This document shows, piece by piece, positions 10,116-23,900 of a stretch of DNA of 64,000 bases (the first letter of the stretch is position 1; each line of letters starts with the position of its first letter). The DNA comes from Nemertoderma westbladi. Taxonomy: Eukaryota; Animalia; Xenacoelomorpha. The notes beneath the pieces are model-generated. The model made no database searches. It worked only from the letters and a program-made list of their open reading frames with translations, and had not been told where the DNA came from. The DNA is taken from positions 25,124 to 89,123 of the forward strand of contig JAUCBJ010009087.1 in assembly GCA_032718475.1 (NCBI GenBank), written 5' to 3'. A program made the translations under genes and the position numbers.

Positions 10116-11450
10116 GTTTGTTTGTACAGTTGAATGCCTACTGCTATATTACAGTTTAAGCAAGTCTAGTAATTCAGTATCACCTTTAGCCTAGTAATTA
10201 ATTACCGATATCGTCACTCTATGTAACGTGATATATATAATATATTAGAATACCGGTATGCTTATAGTATATATAAGTATTATTAGACTAGATTTGTCAC
10301 AGAATACCGGTATATAATTTTAGCACAAATATATATAAATATATATAATAGGCCTATCGTGAATACCGGTATACAGCTTACACTTATAGTATATATAAGT
10401 ATAATTATGGACTAGAATTAATTACAGAATACCGGTATATAATTTAGCCTAAATTTATAGAAATGAATATAATAAGCCTATTGTAAATACCGGTATATCA
10501 ATTATTTTAGAATAATTGAATTTCTGAATTTTCAGGGGTTACTTGGTTACTTTACTTTACTTGATTACCGTTATTTAAGCAGTAGTCCAACTGACATTAA
10601 GACCTAATTGTTGTAAGACAGGCCTACTATTTATAAATCGTTTGAGTTGATTTATAATATATATATACCCGTTTAATGGGTTTTTGTCAATATTTGAAAA
10701 AAATGTTATTATTTCTGGGAAAGAGTCACTACACAGAAGCTGTGCGCTCTCAGTGAAGTGCTACTCGTTGGACACTAAAACAAATAATTCTAATTTACCT
10801 AAGTTACTTAATACTACAAATTACGTACAATTCGGGGTGAGATTACAATCTCTAAATAAACACAAAAATTACACGTACGAATTTTTAGGGTAATTTTACA
10901 AGAAGTCTACAAACCAGCCTAACAAAGGGTTAGAATATCTGGTTATTACAAAGGACAGGGTACTACGGTATTTGAAAATAACAAAGCAGTATTAAATATA
11001 CTGCATTGTCCAGATAGAAAAAATACCACCGTCTGACGACTTATAGCCGTATCGCTATAAGTACTACGTTATGTATCACGGAGTGTTCCTACCTAGAAGT
11101 TAATTACCGCGGTCTACCAGAACCAACGTGCCTATTAACCACTTTACAACACAAATATACTGCCTACACACTAATTACCTTCGGAAAGCACTGTACACTA
11201 AACCCTAAATTAGGTACAAGTACTTATACAACAAATAATCAGCAGTTAGAAATACTTGTACAGCTAAAAGAACCACGGCATCTGCTGGAGTGACCGGGGC
11301 ACAAAATCACCAGTCTTTACCTATGCCAAGCAGCCCTGATGTAGTACCGGGGTTAATTTAACTATAACGATATATATAACAAGCACAATTACTGTAGGAA
11401 TAAACTTGGGGTTGTGAATGTTGCGAATAATCGCATAAACTCTGAATAAT

Positions 11451-12021
11451 AAATATTACGCTACGCGTACAGACTACTCAAATAAAATACAGACCAAACG
11501 CTGACAGACTACTATCGAGCCTAAACAAACTACGGTATATGCAGACTCCGAAATGGTTAGTTAGTATGCGTTCTAACCGAGTAGTACGACTTATTCTTTC
11601 AGGGGATTGACCTCACAACACTGGAAGCCCCTACGTTTCTAACTAGTATTTTATCGGACATACACTCTACACATACCGCAATCTCTTCAGACCTAACAAC
11701 AGCTAGGCAACAATCCAGCCTACAAATTATCTAAATAAGAAATATTACGCTACCCGTACAGACTACACAAACAAAATAGACCAAACGCTGGCAGACTACT
11801 ATCAAGCCTAAACAAACTACAGTATATGCAGACTCCGAAATGGTTAGTTAGTATGCGTTCTAACCGAGTAGTACGACTTATTCTTTCGAGGGGATTTACC
11901 TCACAGCACTGGAAGCCCCTACTTTCCTAACTAGTAATTTATCGGACATACACTCTACACACACCGCAATCCCTTCAGACTTAACAACAGTCAGACAACA
12001 GTCCAGCCTACAAATTATCTG
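11451..12021. repeat. Tandem duplication of ~290 bp in the presumed 5' leader of the Bel/Pao element
   Basis: aaatattacgctac...ccagcctacaaattatct starts at 11451 and again at 11741, with high identity. Confidence 0.9.
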
Positions 12022-14857
12022 TACAATCTGAGCAGGCTTACACGCCTTCTGATCAATATTGGCCTACAAATAAATAAAACTGACAGAAATAAGTAAAATC
12101 CCAATAAAAAACCAGGGCTGCAGTCCCTGATTAAATATTAGGGCCTACCGGTATACAGGTATATAATTATCAAAATCGAATAATACTGCTGTACCTGTAC
12201 TGCTGTAAGTACCGGTTCGGGTAGTTAGGCAGTCAGGCCTACTGGGTACCGGTTGACCGGTACTTCAGCTTTATTGCCTACTGCAATACAGAAGCAATAA
12301 CCGTTATTGTTCTTACCAGAACAATATTAAACTGCATTTATTGCCTACACTGCAATCTGAAATCTATATCTGTTATTGTTCTTACCAGAACAATAGACAA
12401 CTATATTCTCTGAAACCATATCTGTTATTGTTCGCGCTTTCAGACCTTTAGCAGTTTAACCTGCCAAATTGGGATGTCTTCTAGATTATAAATCGACTTT
12501 AGCCTATGACGAGTATTTGTTACACTACATTAGCCGAAGCCAGTCTATGCGCGACCCTTCACCCGCTGGATATACCCGGGAGACTGGATTCGGAAGCTTG
12601 ACCTTATTGCGGTGTAGGCCTACTGTATTATTCGACTGATCGTAATATATAATCTCTGACAAAGATTATTCACTTTCGGGAAATATTAACAGTTCCTTTA
12701 GGACGTGGCGCTCTAAATATGTAAACAGAGTTATGACTTACACTAGACACAACGGGATGGCTATGGATTCACGTATATAGCGCATTCTTTAGGAGATGCT
12801 TTGTTATCAATCACAATCATGCACACTACTGCACAATGCTGCACACCGATCTGCCGACCTTCACTAATTTAGTCACATATAAAGAGAACAACGACCGATA
12901 CATGTAGTGCCTATGAAATAGCATTAGATTCACTTCAAAACCACTTTAATGTAAGTCGCAATCGTTATATGTAACCGGTCTCTCTTACCTTCAGTATATC
13001 AAGAAGATTGAGGGTTTTGTAATTATTTATCGATATTCCAAATATAATAATATTCCATCAACTGATATAATGAATAACCGACAGTAAATAGCAGTAAAAT
13101 GTTAAGGTATAAATTGTTATGATATGTGATTTTGTATGGTATGAATTGGTTTGATATGAAAACAGATATACGTTCTATAATTAAGCCTACTAATGTAGGG
13201 CTAAAGCCTGAAAACACAGTGATTCCAAAGCCGGTCTTCTGGGCTCAGGAAAAGGTAAACATTGACCCATAATGCATTGCGCGATTTCCCGGAGGTTTCT
13301 GTACAAAAAGCAGGAGAATCGCTCTGATTGGTTGACCGAACAAAGAAACACCAGAGAACAAGGAAAAAAGCTACACGTGTACAGATCAGCTGTTAGCTGT
13401 CGTCATAGTAACTACACTGTTTCAAGAGGATTTCGCGTATTGCGACATAGAATTGCTAATTATGTCCGCTAAAGTACACATACAGAAGAAATGGCTTTTT
13501 ATGTCCACTAAAACACCAGTACAGTAATGATACGGCCTTTTATGCCTGTTAAACCAACTACAGAGTACTTTACGGGGAAAATAACCGGCTAATTCCGCAA
13601 AAGCTTTTACAGTATAAAATGTTAAAATAATAGAAGTTCGGAGCAGGTTGGTATAAAATGTTAAAATAATAGAAGCTCAGAGCAGGTTGGTATAAAATGT
13701 TAAAATAATAGAAGCTCGGAGCAGGTTGGTATAAAATGTTAAAATAATTGAAGTTCGGAGCAGGTTGGTATAAAATGTTAAAATAATAGAAGTTCGGAGC
13801 AGGTTGGTATAAAATGTTAAAATAATAGAAGCTCGGAGCAGGTTGGTATAAAATGTTAAAATAATAGAAGTTCGGAGCAGGTTGGTATAAAATGTTAAAA
13901 TAATAGAAGCTCGGAGCAGGTTGGTATAAAATGTTAAAATAATAGAAGTTCGGAGCAGGTTGGTATAAAATGTTAAAATAATAGAAGTTCGGAGCAGGTT
14001 GGTATAAAATGTTAAAATAATAGAAGTTCGGAGCAGGTTGGTATAAAATGTTAAAATAATAGAAGCTCGGAGCAGGTTGGTATAAAATGTTAAAATAATA
14101 GAAGTTCGGAGCAGGTTGGTATAAAATGTTAAAATAATAGAAGTTCGGAGCAGGTTGGTATAAAATGTTAAAATAATAGAAGTTCGGAGCAGGTTGGTAT
14201 AAAATGTTAAAATAATAGAAGTTCGGAGCAGGTTGGTATAAAATGTTAAAATAATAGAAGTTCGGAACAGGTTGGTATAAAATGTTAAAATAATAGAAGT
14301 TCGGAGCAGGTTGGTATAAAATGTTAAAATAATAGATGTTCGCAGCAGGTTGGTATAAAATGTTAAAATAATAGAAGCTCGGAGCAGGTTGGTATAAAAT
14401 GTTAAAATAATAGAAGTTCGGAGCAGGTTGGTATAAAATGTTAAAATAATAGAAGTTCGGAGCAGGTTGGTATAAAATGTTAAAATAATAGAAGTTCGGA
14501 GCAGGTTGGTATAAAATGTTAAAATAATAGATGTTCGCAGCAGGTTGGTATAAAATGTTAAAATAATAGAAGCTCGGAGCAGGTTGGTATAAAATGTTAA
14601 AATAATAGAAGTTCGGAGCAGGTTGGTATAAAATGTTAAAATAATAGAAGCTCGGAGCAGGTTGGTATAAAATGTTAAAATAATAGAAGTTCGGAGCAGG
14701 TTGGTATAAAATGTTAAAATAATAGAAGTTCGGAGCAGGTTGGTATAAAATGTTAAAATAATAGAAGTTCGGAGCAGGTTGGTATAAAATGTTAAAATAA
14801 TAGAAGCTCGGAGCAGGTTGGTATAAAATGTTAAAATAATATAAGTTCGGAGCAGGT

Positions 14858-14957
14858 NNNNNNNNNNNNNNNNNNNNNNNNNNNNNNNNNNNNNNNNNNN
14901 NNNNNNNNNNNNNNNNNNNNNNNNNNNNNNNNNNNNNNNNNNNNNNNNNNNNNNNNN
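14858..14957. other. Assembly gap (100 N)
   Basis: Run of N inside the satellite, so the true array length is unknown. Confidence 1.
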
Positions 14958-17900
14958 GGTATAAAATGTTAAAATAATAGAAGTTCGGAGCAGGTTGGTA
15001 TAAAATGTTAAAATAATAGAAGTTCGGAGCAGGTTGGTATAAAATGTTAAAATAATAGAAGTTCGGAGCAGGTTGGTATAAAATGTTAAAATAATAGAAG
15101 TTCGGAGCAGGTTGGTATAAAATGTTAAAATAATAGAAGTTCGGAGCAGGTTGGTATAAAATGTTAAAATAATAGAAGTTCGGAGCAGGTTGGTATAAAA
15201 TGTTAAAATAATAGAAGTTCGGAGCAGGTTGGTATAAAATGTTAAAATAATAGAAGTTCGGAGCAGGTTGGTATAAAATGTTAAAATAATAGAAGTTCGG
15301 AGCAGGTTGGTATAAAATGTTAAAATAATAGAAGTTCGGAGCAGGTTGGTATAAAATGTTAAAATAATAGAAGTTCGGAGCAGGTTGGTATAAAATGTTA
15401 AAATAATAGAAGTTCGGAGCAGGTTGGTATAAAATGTTAAAATAATAGAAGTTCGGAGCAGGTTGGTATAAAATGTTAAAATAATAGAAGTTCGGAGCAG
15501 GTTGGTATAAAATGTTAAAATAATAGAAGTTCGGAGCAGGTTGGTATAAAATGTTAAAATAATAGAAGTTCGGAGCAGGTTGGTATAAAATGTTAAAATA
15601 ATAGAAGTTCGGAGCAGGTTGGTATAAAATGTTAAAATAATAGAAGTTCGGAGCAGGTTGGTATAAAATGTTAAAATAATAGAAGTTCGGAGCAGGTTGG
15701 TATAAAATGTTAAAATAATAGAAGTTCGGAGCAGGTTGGTATAAAATGTTAAAATAATAGAAGTTCGGAGCAGGTTGGTATAAAATGTTAAAATAATAGA
15801 AGTTCGGAGCAGGTTGGTATAAAATGTTAAAATAATAGAAGTTCGGAGCAGGTTGGTATAAAATGTTAAAATAATAGAAGTTCGGAGCAGGTTGGTATAA
15901 AATGTTAAAATAATAGAAGTTCGGAGCAGGTTGGTATAAAATGTTAAAATAATAGAAGTTCGGAGCAGGTTGGTATAAAATGTTAAAATAATTGAAGTTC
16001 GGAGCAGGTTGGTATAAAATGTTAAAATAATAGAAGTTCGGAGCAGGTTGGTATAGAATGTTAAAATAATAGAAGTTCGGAGCAGGTTGGTATAGAATGT
16101 TAAAATAATAGAAGTTCGGAGCAGGTTGGTATAAAATGTTAAAATAATTGAAGTTCGGAGCAGGTTGGTATAAAATGTTAAAATAATAGAAGTTCGGAGC
16201 AGGTTGGTATAGAATGTTAAAATAATAGAAGTTCGGAGCAGGTTGGTATAAAATGTTAAAATAATTGAAGTTCGGAGCAGGTTGGTATAAAATGTTAAAA
16301 TGATAGAAGTTCGGAGCAGGTTGGTATAAAATGTTAAAATAATAGAAGTTCGGAGTAGGTTGGTATAAAATGTTAAAATAATAGAAGTTCGGAGCAGGTT
16401 GGTATAAAATGTTAAAATAATAGAAGTTCGGAGCAGGTTGGTATAAAATGTTAAAATAATAGAAGTTCGGAGCAGGTTGGTATAAAATGTTAAAATAATA
16501 GAAGTTCGGAGCAGGTTGGTATAAAATGTTAAAATAATAGAAGTTCGGAGCAGGTTGGTATAAAATGTTAAAATAATAGAAGTTCGGAGCAGGTTGGTAT
16601 AAAATGTTAAAATAATAGAAGTTCGGAGCAGGTTGGTATAAAATGTTAAAATAATTGCAGTTCGGAGCAGGTTGGTATAAAATGTTAAAATAATAGAAGT
16701 TCGGAGCAGGTTGGTATAAAATGTTAAAATAATAGAAGTTCGGAGCAGGTTGGTATAAAATGTTAAAATAATAGAAGTTCGGAGCAGGTTGGTATAAAAT
16801 GTTAAAATAATAGAAGTTCGGAACAGGTTGGTATAAAATGTTAAAATAATAGAAGTTCGGAGCAGGTTGGTATAGAATGTTAAAATAATAGAAGTTCGGA
16901 GCAGGTTGGTATAGAATGTTAAAATAATAGAAGTTCGGAGCAGGTTGGTATAAAATGTTAAAATAATTGAAGTTCGGAGCAGGTTGGTATAAAATGTTAA
17001 AATAATAGAAGTTCGGAGCAGGTTGGTATAGAATGTTAAAATAATAGAAGTTCGGAGCAGGTTGGTATAAAATGTTAAAATAATTGAAGTTCGGAGCAGG
17101 TTGGTATAAAATGTTAAAATAATAGAAGTTCGGAGCAGGTTGGTATAAAATGTTAAAATAATAGAAGTTCGGAGCAGGTTGGTATAAAATGTTAAAATAA
17201 TTGAAGTTCGGAGCAGGTTGGTATAAAATGTTAAAATAATAGAAGTTCGGAGCAGGTTGGTATAAAATGTTAAAATAATAGAAGTTCGGAGCAGGTTGGT
17301 ATAAAATGTTAAAATAATAGAGGTTCGGAGCAGGTTGGTATAAAATGTTAAAATAATAGAAGTTCGGAGCAGGTTGGTATAAAATGTTAAAATAATAGTA
17401 GTTCGGAGCAGGTTGGTATAAAATGTTAAAATAATAGAAGTTCGGAGCAGGTTGGTATAAAATGTTAAAATAATAGAAGTTCGGAGCAGGTTGGTATAAA
17501 ATGTTAAAATAATAGAAGTTCGGAGCAGGTTGGTATAAAATGTTAAAATAATAGAAGTTCGGAGCAGGTTGGTATAAAATGTTAAAATAATAGAAGTTCG
17601 GAGCTGGTTGGTATAAAATGTTAAAATAATAGAAGTTCGGAGCAGGTTGGTATAAAATGTTAAAATAATAGAAGTTCGGAGCAGGTTGGTATAAAATGTT
17701 AAAATAATAGAAGTTCGGAGCTGGTTGGTATAAAATGTTAAAATAATAGAAGTTCGGAGCAGGTTGGTATAAAATTTACAAAATAATAGAAGTTCGGAGC
17801 AGGTTGGTATAAAATGTTAAAATAATAGAAGTTCGGAGCAGGTTGTTATAAAATGTTAAAATAATAGAAGTTCGGAGCAGGTTGGTATAAAATGTTAAAA

Positions 17901-19326
17901 TAATAGAAGTTCGGAGCAGGTTGGTATAAAATGTTAAAATAATAGAAGTTCGGAGCAGGTTGGTATAGAATGTTAAAATAATAGAAGTTCGGAGCAGGTT
18001 GGTATAAAATGTTAAAATAATAGAAGTTCGGAGCAGGTTGGTATAAAATGTTAAAATAATAGAAGTTCGGAGCAGGTTGGTATAAAATGTTAAAATAATA
18101 GAAGCTCGGAGCAGGTTGGTATAAAATTTTAAAATAATAGAAGTTCGGAGCAGGTTGGTATAAAATGTTAAAATAATAGAAGTTCGGAGCAGGTTGGTAT
18201 AAAATGTTAAAATAATAGAAGTTCGGAGCAGGTTGGTATAAAATGTTAAAATAATAGAAGCTCGGAGCAGGTTGGTATAAAATGTTAAAATAATAGAAGT
18301 TCGGAGCAGGTTGGTATAAAATGTTAAAATAATAGAAGTTCGGAGCAGGTTGGTATAAAATGTTAAAATAATAGAAGTTCGGAGCAGGTTGGTATAAAAT
18401 GTTAAAATAATAGAAGTTCGGAGCAGGTTGGTATAAAATGTTAAAATAATAGAAGTTCGGAGCAGGTTGGTATAAAATGTTAAAATAATAGAAGTTCGGA
18501 GCAGGTTGGTATAAAATGTTAAAATAATAGAAGTTCGGAGCAGGTTGGTATAAAATGTTAAAATAATAGAAGCTCGGAGCAGGTTGGTATAAAATGTTAA
18601 AATAATAGAAGTTCGGAGCAGGTTGGTATAAAATGTTAAAATAATAGAAGTTCGGAGCAGGTTGGTATAAAATGTTAAAATAATAGAAGTTCGGAGAAGG
18701 TTGGTATAAAATGTTAAAATAATAGAAGTTCGGAGCAGGTTGGTATAAAATGTTAAAATAATAGAAGTTCGGAGCAGGTTGGTATAAAATGTTAAAATAA
18801 TAGAAGCTCGGAGCAGGTTGGTATAAAATGTTAAAATAATAGAAGTTCAGAGCTGGTTGGTATAAAATGTTAAAATGATAGAAGTTCAGAGCAGGTTGGT
18901 ATAAAATGTTAAAATAATAGAAGTTCGGAGCAGGTTGGTATAAAATGTTAAAATAATAGAAGTTCGGAGCAGGTTGGTATAAAATGTTAAAATAATAGAA
19001 GTTCGGAGCAGGTTGGTATAAAATGTTAAAATAATAGAAGTTCGGAGCAGGTTGGTATAAAATGTTAAAATAATAGAAGTTCGGAGCAGGTTGGTATAAA
19101 ATGTTAAAATAATAGAAGTTCGGAGCAGGTTGGTATAAAATGTTAAAATAATAGAAGTTCGGAGCAGGTTGGTATAAAATGTTAAAATAATAGAAGTTCG
19201 GAGCAGGTTGGTATAAAATGTTAAAATAATAGAAGTTCGGAGCAGGTTGGTATAAAATGTTAAAATAATAGAAGTTCGGAGCAGGTTGGTATAAAATGTT
19301 AAAATAATAGAAGTTCGGAGCAGGTT

Positions 19327-20922
19327 CAATTCAATTGAATTTTCAATTCAATTTTATTAGCCTTAAAACTTCAGTCAGCAAGCTGACTGAAGGCAGTTAT
19401 TAGTATACTAAATACACCGTAACTGATAATTAAAAAGGCCAAAGTCGACGGGCTCAAATGTTTAGAACAAATGTATAATGTAATGTGACTAATATGCTAT
19501 TTATACAGTTTAATATATACACTAAAGTTAATGGTTAAAACCAGGCCTAGACATACATACAGATATAATACATACATACAGGAGAGGGTAAGTGTTCATC
19601 ACACAGATGTGCCTGCCTACGGTAAGATTTCCATTCATACATACAGTACACACTACATACAAACATAGACCATACAAACACAGACAAAGCTAAGTACTAG
19701 CACAATGGTAGGCGTATCTGACGAGGGAGAGCGCAATATAATAATGTGTAATGTGTGATTTTATAATATATTTGAGTTATTTTTTTGTTGCTAGGTGATG
19801 GCTGACCTGTCGTATTGTTCCATGAAATGTTTTTTGAATTGTGGGATGAAGTTGTTATTGCGAATTTTATCACGTACGACTTTTCTTAATCTATTCCATG
19901 TGCGACTGCAGGCGACAAAGAATGAGTATGTACCATACTTGTTATTTGTCTTTGGTATCTTGATTGTGTTTGTGCGTACATTTAGTAATTGTGAAAGGAA
20001 TGGTAGTTTTAGGTTTTGGAATGGCGCGATTTGATTTGTAACATATTTGTAGAGGTATTTGAGTGCGTGGTATTCCCGTAGTACATTCAAGTGTGGCAAT
20101 TTGGCTAATTTTCTAAGTTGAGAACCTGTCATGTCTCGTATCTTTTTGTTATAAACTAATCGCAGGGCATAGTTCTGTATTTTGTCCATTTTATATAATT
20201 TTCCTTTGTATCCGTGTTTGTCATGAAAGGGTGTAAATAGTGCACTGCAGTAATTGTGGTAAGGCATGACCAATGTCTTGTAGAGCATTAATTTTGTTGA
20301 TGTGGGAAGCTGACCCTTAATTTGGCGTAACCCGGATGTTGCTGCTGACATTTTGTGTGATGTGGCATCGATTTGGTTTTCCCATGTTAGATTATTGTTG
20401 ATTATAATTCCTAAGTATGTAATTTCCGACGATTGCGCAATAATCTTATTATGTAGTGTGAGACTATAATTGTTTGTTTCTGAGGTTCTTTTTGTAGGTG
20501 ATAAGAGCATAAGTTCTGTTTTGTTAGTGTTTATTTGCATGCATAGTGATCCTAATATATTTTCAATGTTTAATATTTGCTCATTAAGGAGCTTTATCGC
20601 AGTGGCTGGGCTTTTATCTGAGCAGTATACTAGTGTGTCATCAGCGTATTGTATTGTCTCAAGATTAATCTGCCCAGCAATATCATTCACGTATATTAAG
20701 AAGAATAGAGGTCCCAATTTTGTTCCCTGTGGAATGCCCCTATTACAAATGGACCACTCTGAGAATATGTTCTGGAGCTTCACGGCCTGCGGACGGTTGC
20801 TCAGGTAGCTCTTGATTAGTTTCGATGCATCAGATTGGAAACCAATTTCATCCAGCTTTGTTAATAGGATGGAGTGATGTATGTAATGAATTGAATGCCT
20901 TGGATAGGTCTAACACACCAAT
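19327..20922 (-). mobile_element. 5'-truncated non-LTR retrotransposon (CR1/L2-group LINE), RT C-terminal half plus 3' UTR
   Basis: DLSKAF motif at the truncated end, followed by a 4-bp frameshift near 20880. ORF 19791-20783 contains GIPQGTKLGPLFFLIYVND, QYADDT and YLGIIINNNLTW. The 3' end has AATAAA plus an (ATTGA)n-like tail at 19327-19358. Confidence 0.92.
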
Positions 20923-23900
20923 GGTATAAAATGTTAAAATAATAGAAGTTCGGAGCAGGTTGGTATAAAATGTTAAAATAATAGAAGTTCGGAGCAGGTT
21001 GGTATAAAACGTTAAAATAATAGAAGTTCGGAGCAGGTTGGTATAAAATGTTAAAATAATAGAAGTTCGGAGCAGGTTGGTATAAAATGTTAAAATAATA
21101 GAAGTTCGGAGCAGGTTGGTATAAAATGTTAAAATAATAGAAGTTCGGAGCAGGTTGGTATAAAATGTTAAAATAATAGAAGTTCGGAGCAGGTTGGTAT
21201 AAAACGTTAAAATAATAGAAGTTCGGAGCAGGTTGGTATAAAATGTTAAAATAATAGAAGTTCGGAGCAGGTTGGTATAAAATGTTAAAATAATAGAAGT
21301 TCGGAGCAGGTTGGTATAAAATGTTAAAATAATAGAAGTTCGGAGCAGGTTGGTATAAAATGTTAAAATAATAGAAGTTCGGAGCAGGTTGGTATAAAAT
21401 GTTAAAATAATAGAAGTTCGGAGCAGGTTGGTATAAAATGTTAAAATAATAGAAGTTCGGAGCAGGTTGGTATAAAATGTTAAAATAATAGAAGTTCGGA
21501 GCAGGTTGGTATAAAATGTTAAAATAATAGAAGTTCGGAGCAGGTTGGTATAAAATGTTAAAATAATTGAAGTTCGGAGCAGGTTGGTATAAAATGTTAA
21601 AATAATAGAAGTTCGGAGCAGGTTGGTATAGAATGTTAAAATAATAGAAGTTCGGAGCAGGTTGGTATAGAATGTTAAAATAATAGAAGTTCGGAGCAGG
21701 TTGGTATAAAATGTTAAAATAATTGAAGTTCGGAGCAGGTTGGTATAAAATGTTAAAATAATAGAAGTTCGGAGCAGGTTGGTATAGAATGTTAAAATAA
21801 TAGAAGTTCGGAGCAGGTTGGTATAAAATGTTAAAATAATTGAAGTTCGGAGCAGGTTGGTATAAAATGTTAAAATGATAGAAGTTCGGAGCAGGTTGGT
21901 ATAAAATGTTAAAATAATAGAAGTTCGGAGCAGGTTGGTATAAAATGTTAAAATAATAGAAGTTCGGACCAGGTTGGTATAAAATGTTAAAATAATAGAA
22001 GTTCGGAGCAGGTTGGTATAAAATGTTAAAATAATAGAAGTTCGGAGCAGGTTGGTATAAAATGTTAAAATAATAGAAGTTCGGAGCAGGTTGGTATAAA
22101 ATGTTAAAATAATAGAAGTTCGGAGCAGGTTGGTATAAAATGTTAAAATAATTGAAGTTCGGAGCAGGTTGGTATAAAATGTTAAAATAATAGAAGTTCG
22201 GAGCAGGTTGGTATAAAATGTTAAAATAATTGAAGTTCGGAGCAGGTTGGTATAAAATGTTAAAATAATAGAAGTTCGGAGCAGGTTGGTATAAAATGTT
22301 AAAATAATAGAAGTTCGGAGCAGGTTGGTATAAAATGTTAAAATAATAGAAGTTCGGAGCAGGTTGGTATAAAATGTTAAAATAATAGAAGTTCGGAACA
22401 GGTTGGTATAAAATGTTAAAATAATAGAAGTTCGGAGCAGGTTGGTATAGAATGTTAAAATAATAGAAGTTCGGAGCAGGTTGGTATAGAATGTTAAAAT
22501 AATAGAAGTTCGGAGCAGGTTGGTATAAAATGTTAAAATAATTGAAGTTCGGAGCAGGTTGGTATAAAATGTTAAAATAATAGAAGTTCGGAGCAGGTTG
22601 GTATAGAATGTTAAAATAATAGAAGTTCGGAGCAGGTTGGTATAAAATGTTAAAATAATTGAAGTTCGGAGCAGGTTGGTATAAAATGTTAAAATAATAG
22701 AAGTTCGGAGCAGGTTGGTATAAAATGTTAAAATAATAGAAGTTCGGAGCAGGTTGGTATAAAATGTTAAAATAATTGAAGTTCGGAGCAGGTTGGTATA
22801 AAATGTTAAAATAATAGAAGTTCGGAGCAGGTTGGTATAAAATGTTAAAATAATAGAAGTTCGGAGCAGGTTGGTATAAAATGTTAAAATAATAGAGGTT
22901 CGGAGCAGGTTGGTATAAAATGTTAAAATAATAGAAGTTCGGAGCAGGTTGGTATAAAATGTTAAAATAATAGTAGTTCGGAGCAGGTTGGTATAAAATG
23001 TTAAAATAATAGAAGTTCGGAGCAGGTTGGTATAAAATGTTAAAATAATAGAAGTTCGGAGCAGGTTGGTATAAAATGTTAAAATAATAGAAGTTCGGAG
23101 CAGGTTGGTATAAAATGTTAAAATAATAGAAGTTCGGAGCAGGTTGGTATAAAATGTTAAAATAATAGAAGTTCGGAGCTGGTTGGTATAAAATGTTAAA
23201 ATAATAGAAGTTCGGAGCAGGTTGGTATAAAATGTTAAAATAATAGAAGTTCGGAGCAGGTTGGTATAAAATGTTAAAATAATAGAAGTTCGGAGCTGGT
23301 TGGTATAAAATGTTAAAATAATAGAAGTTCGGAGCAGGTTGGTATAAAATTTACAAAATAATAGAAGTTCGGAGCAGGTTGGTATAAAATGTTAAAATAA
23401 TAGAAGTTCGGAGCAGGTTGTTATAAAATGTTAAAATAATAGAAGTTCGGAGCAGGTTGGTATAAAATGTTAAAATAATAGAAGTTCGGAGCAGGTTGGT
23501 ATAAAATGTTAAAATAATAGAAGTTCGGAGCAGGTTGGTATAAAATGTTAAAATAATAGAAGTTCGGAGCAGGTTGGTATAGAATGTTAAAATAATAGAA
23601 GTTCGGAGCAGGTTGGTATAAAATGTTAAAATAATAGAAGTTCGGAGCAGGTTGGTATAAAATGTTAAAATAATAGAAGTTCGGAGCAGGTTGGTATAAA
23701 ATGTTAAAATAATAGAAGCTCGGAGCAGGTTGGTATAAAATTTTAAAATAATAGAAGTTCGGAGCAGGTTGGTATAAAATGTTAAAATAATAGAAGTTCG
23801 GAGCAGGTTGGTATAAAATGTTAAAATAATAGAAGTTCGGAGCAGGTTGGTATAAAATGTTAAAATAATAGAAGCTCGGAGCAGGTTGGTATAAAATGTT

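Noticed and set aside
12700-13220. Possible 5' LTR (tgt at 12720 ... aca near 13218) and PBS of the Bel/Pao element
   Set aside because: No second LTR copy in the window and no recognisable TGG-starting tRNA-complementary PBS; cannot be supported.
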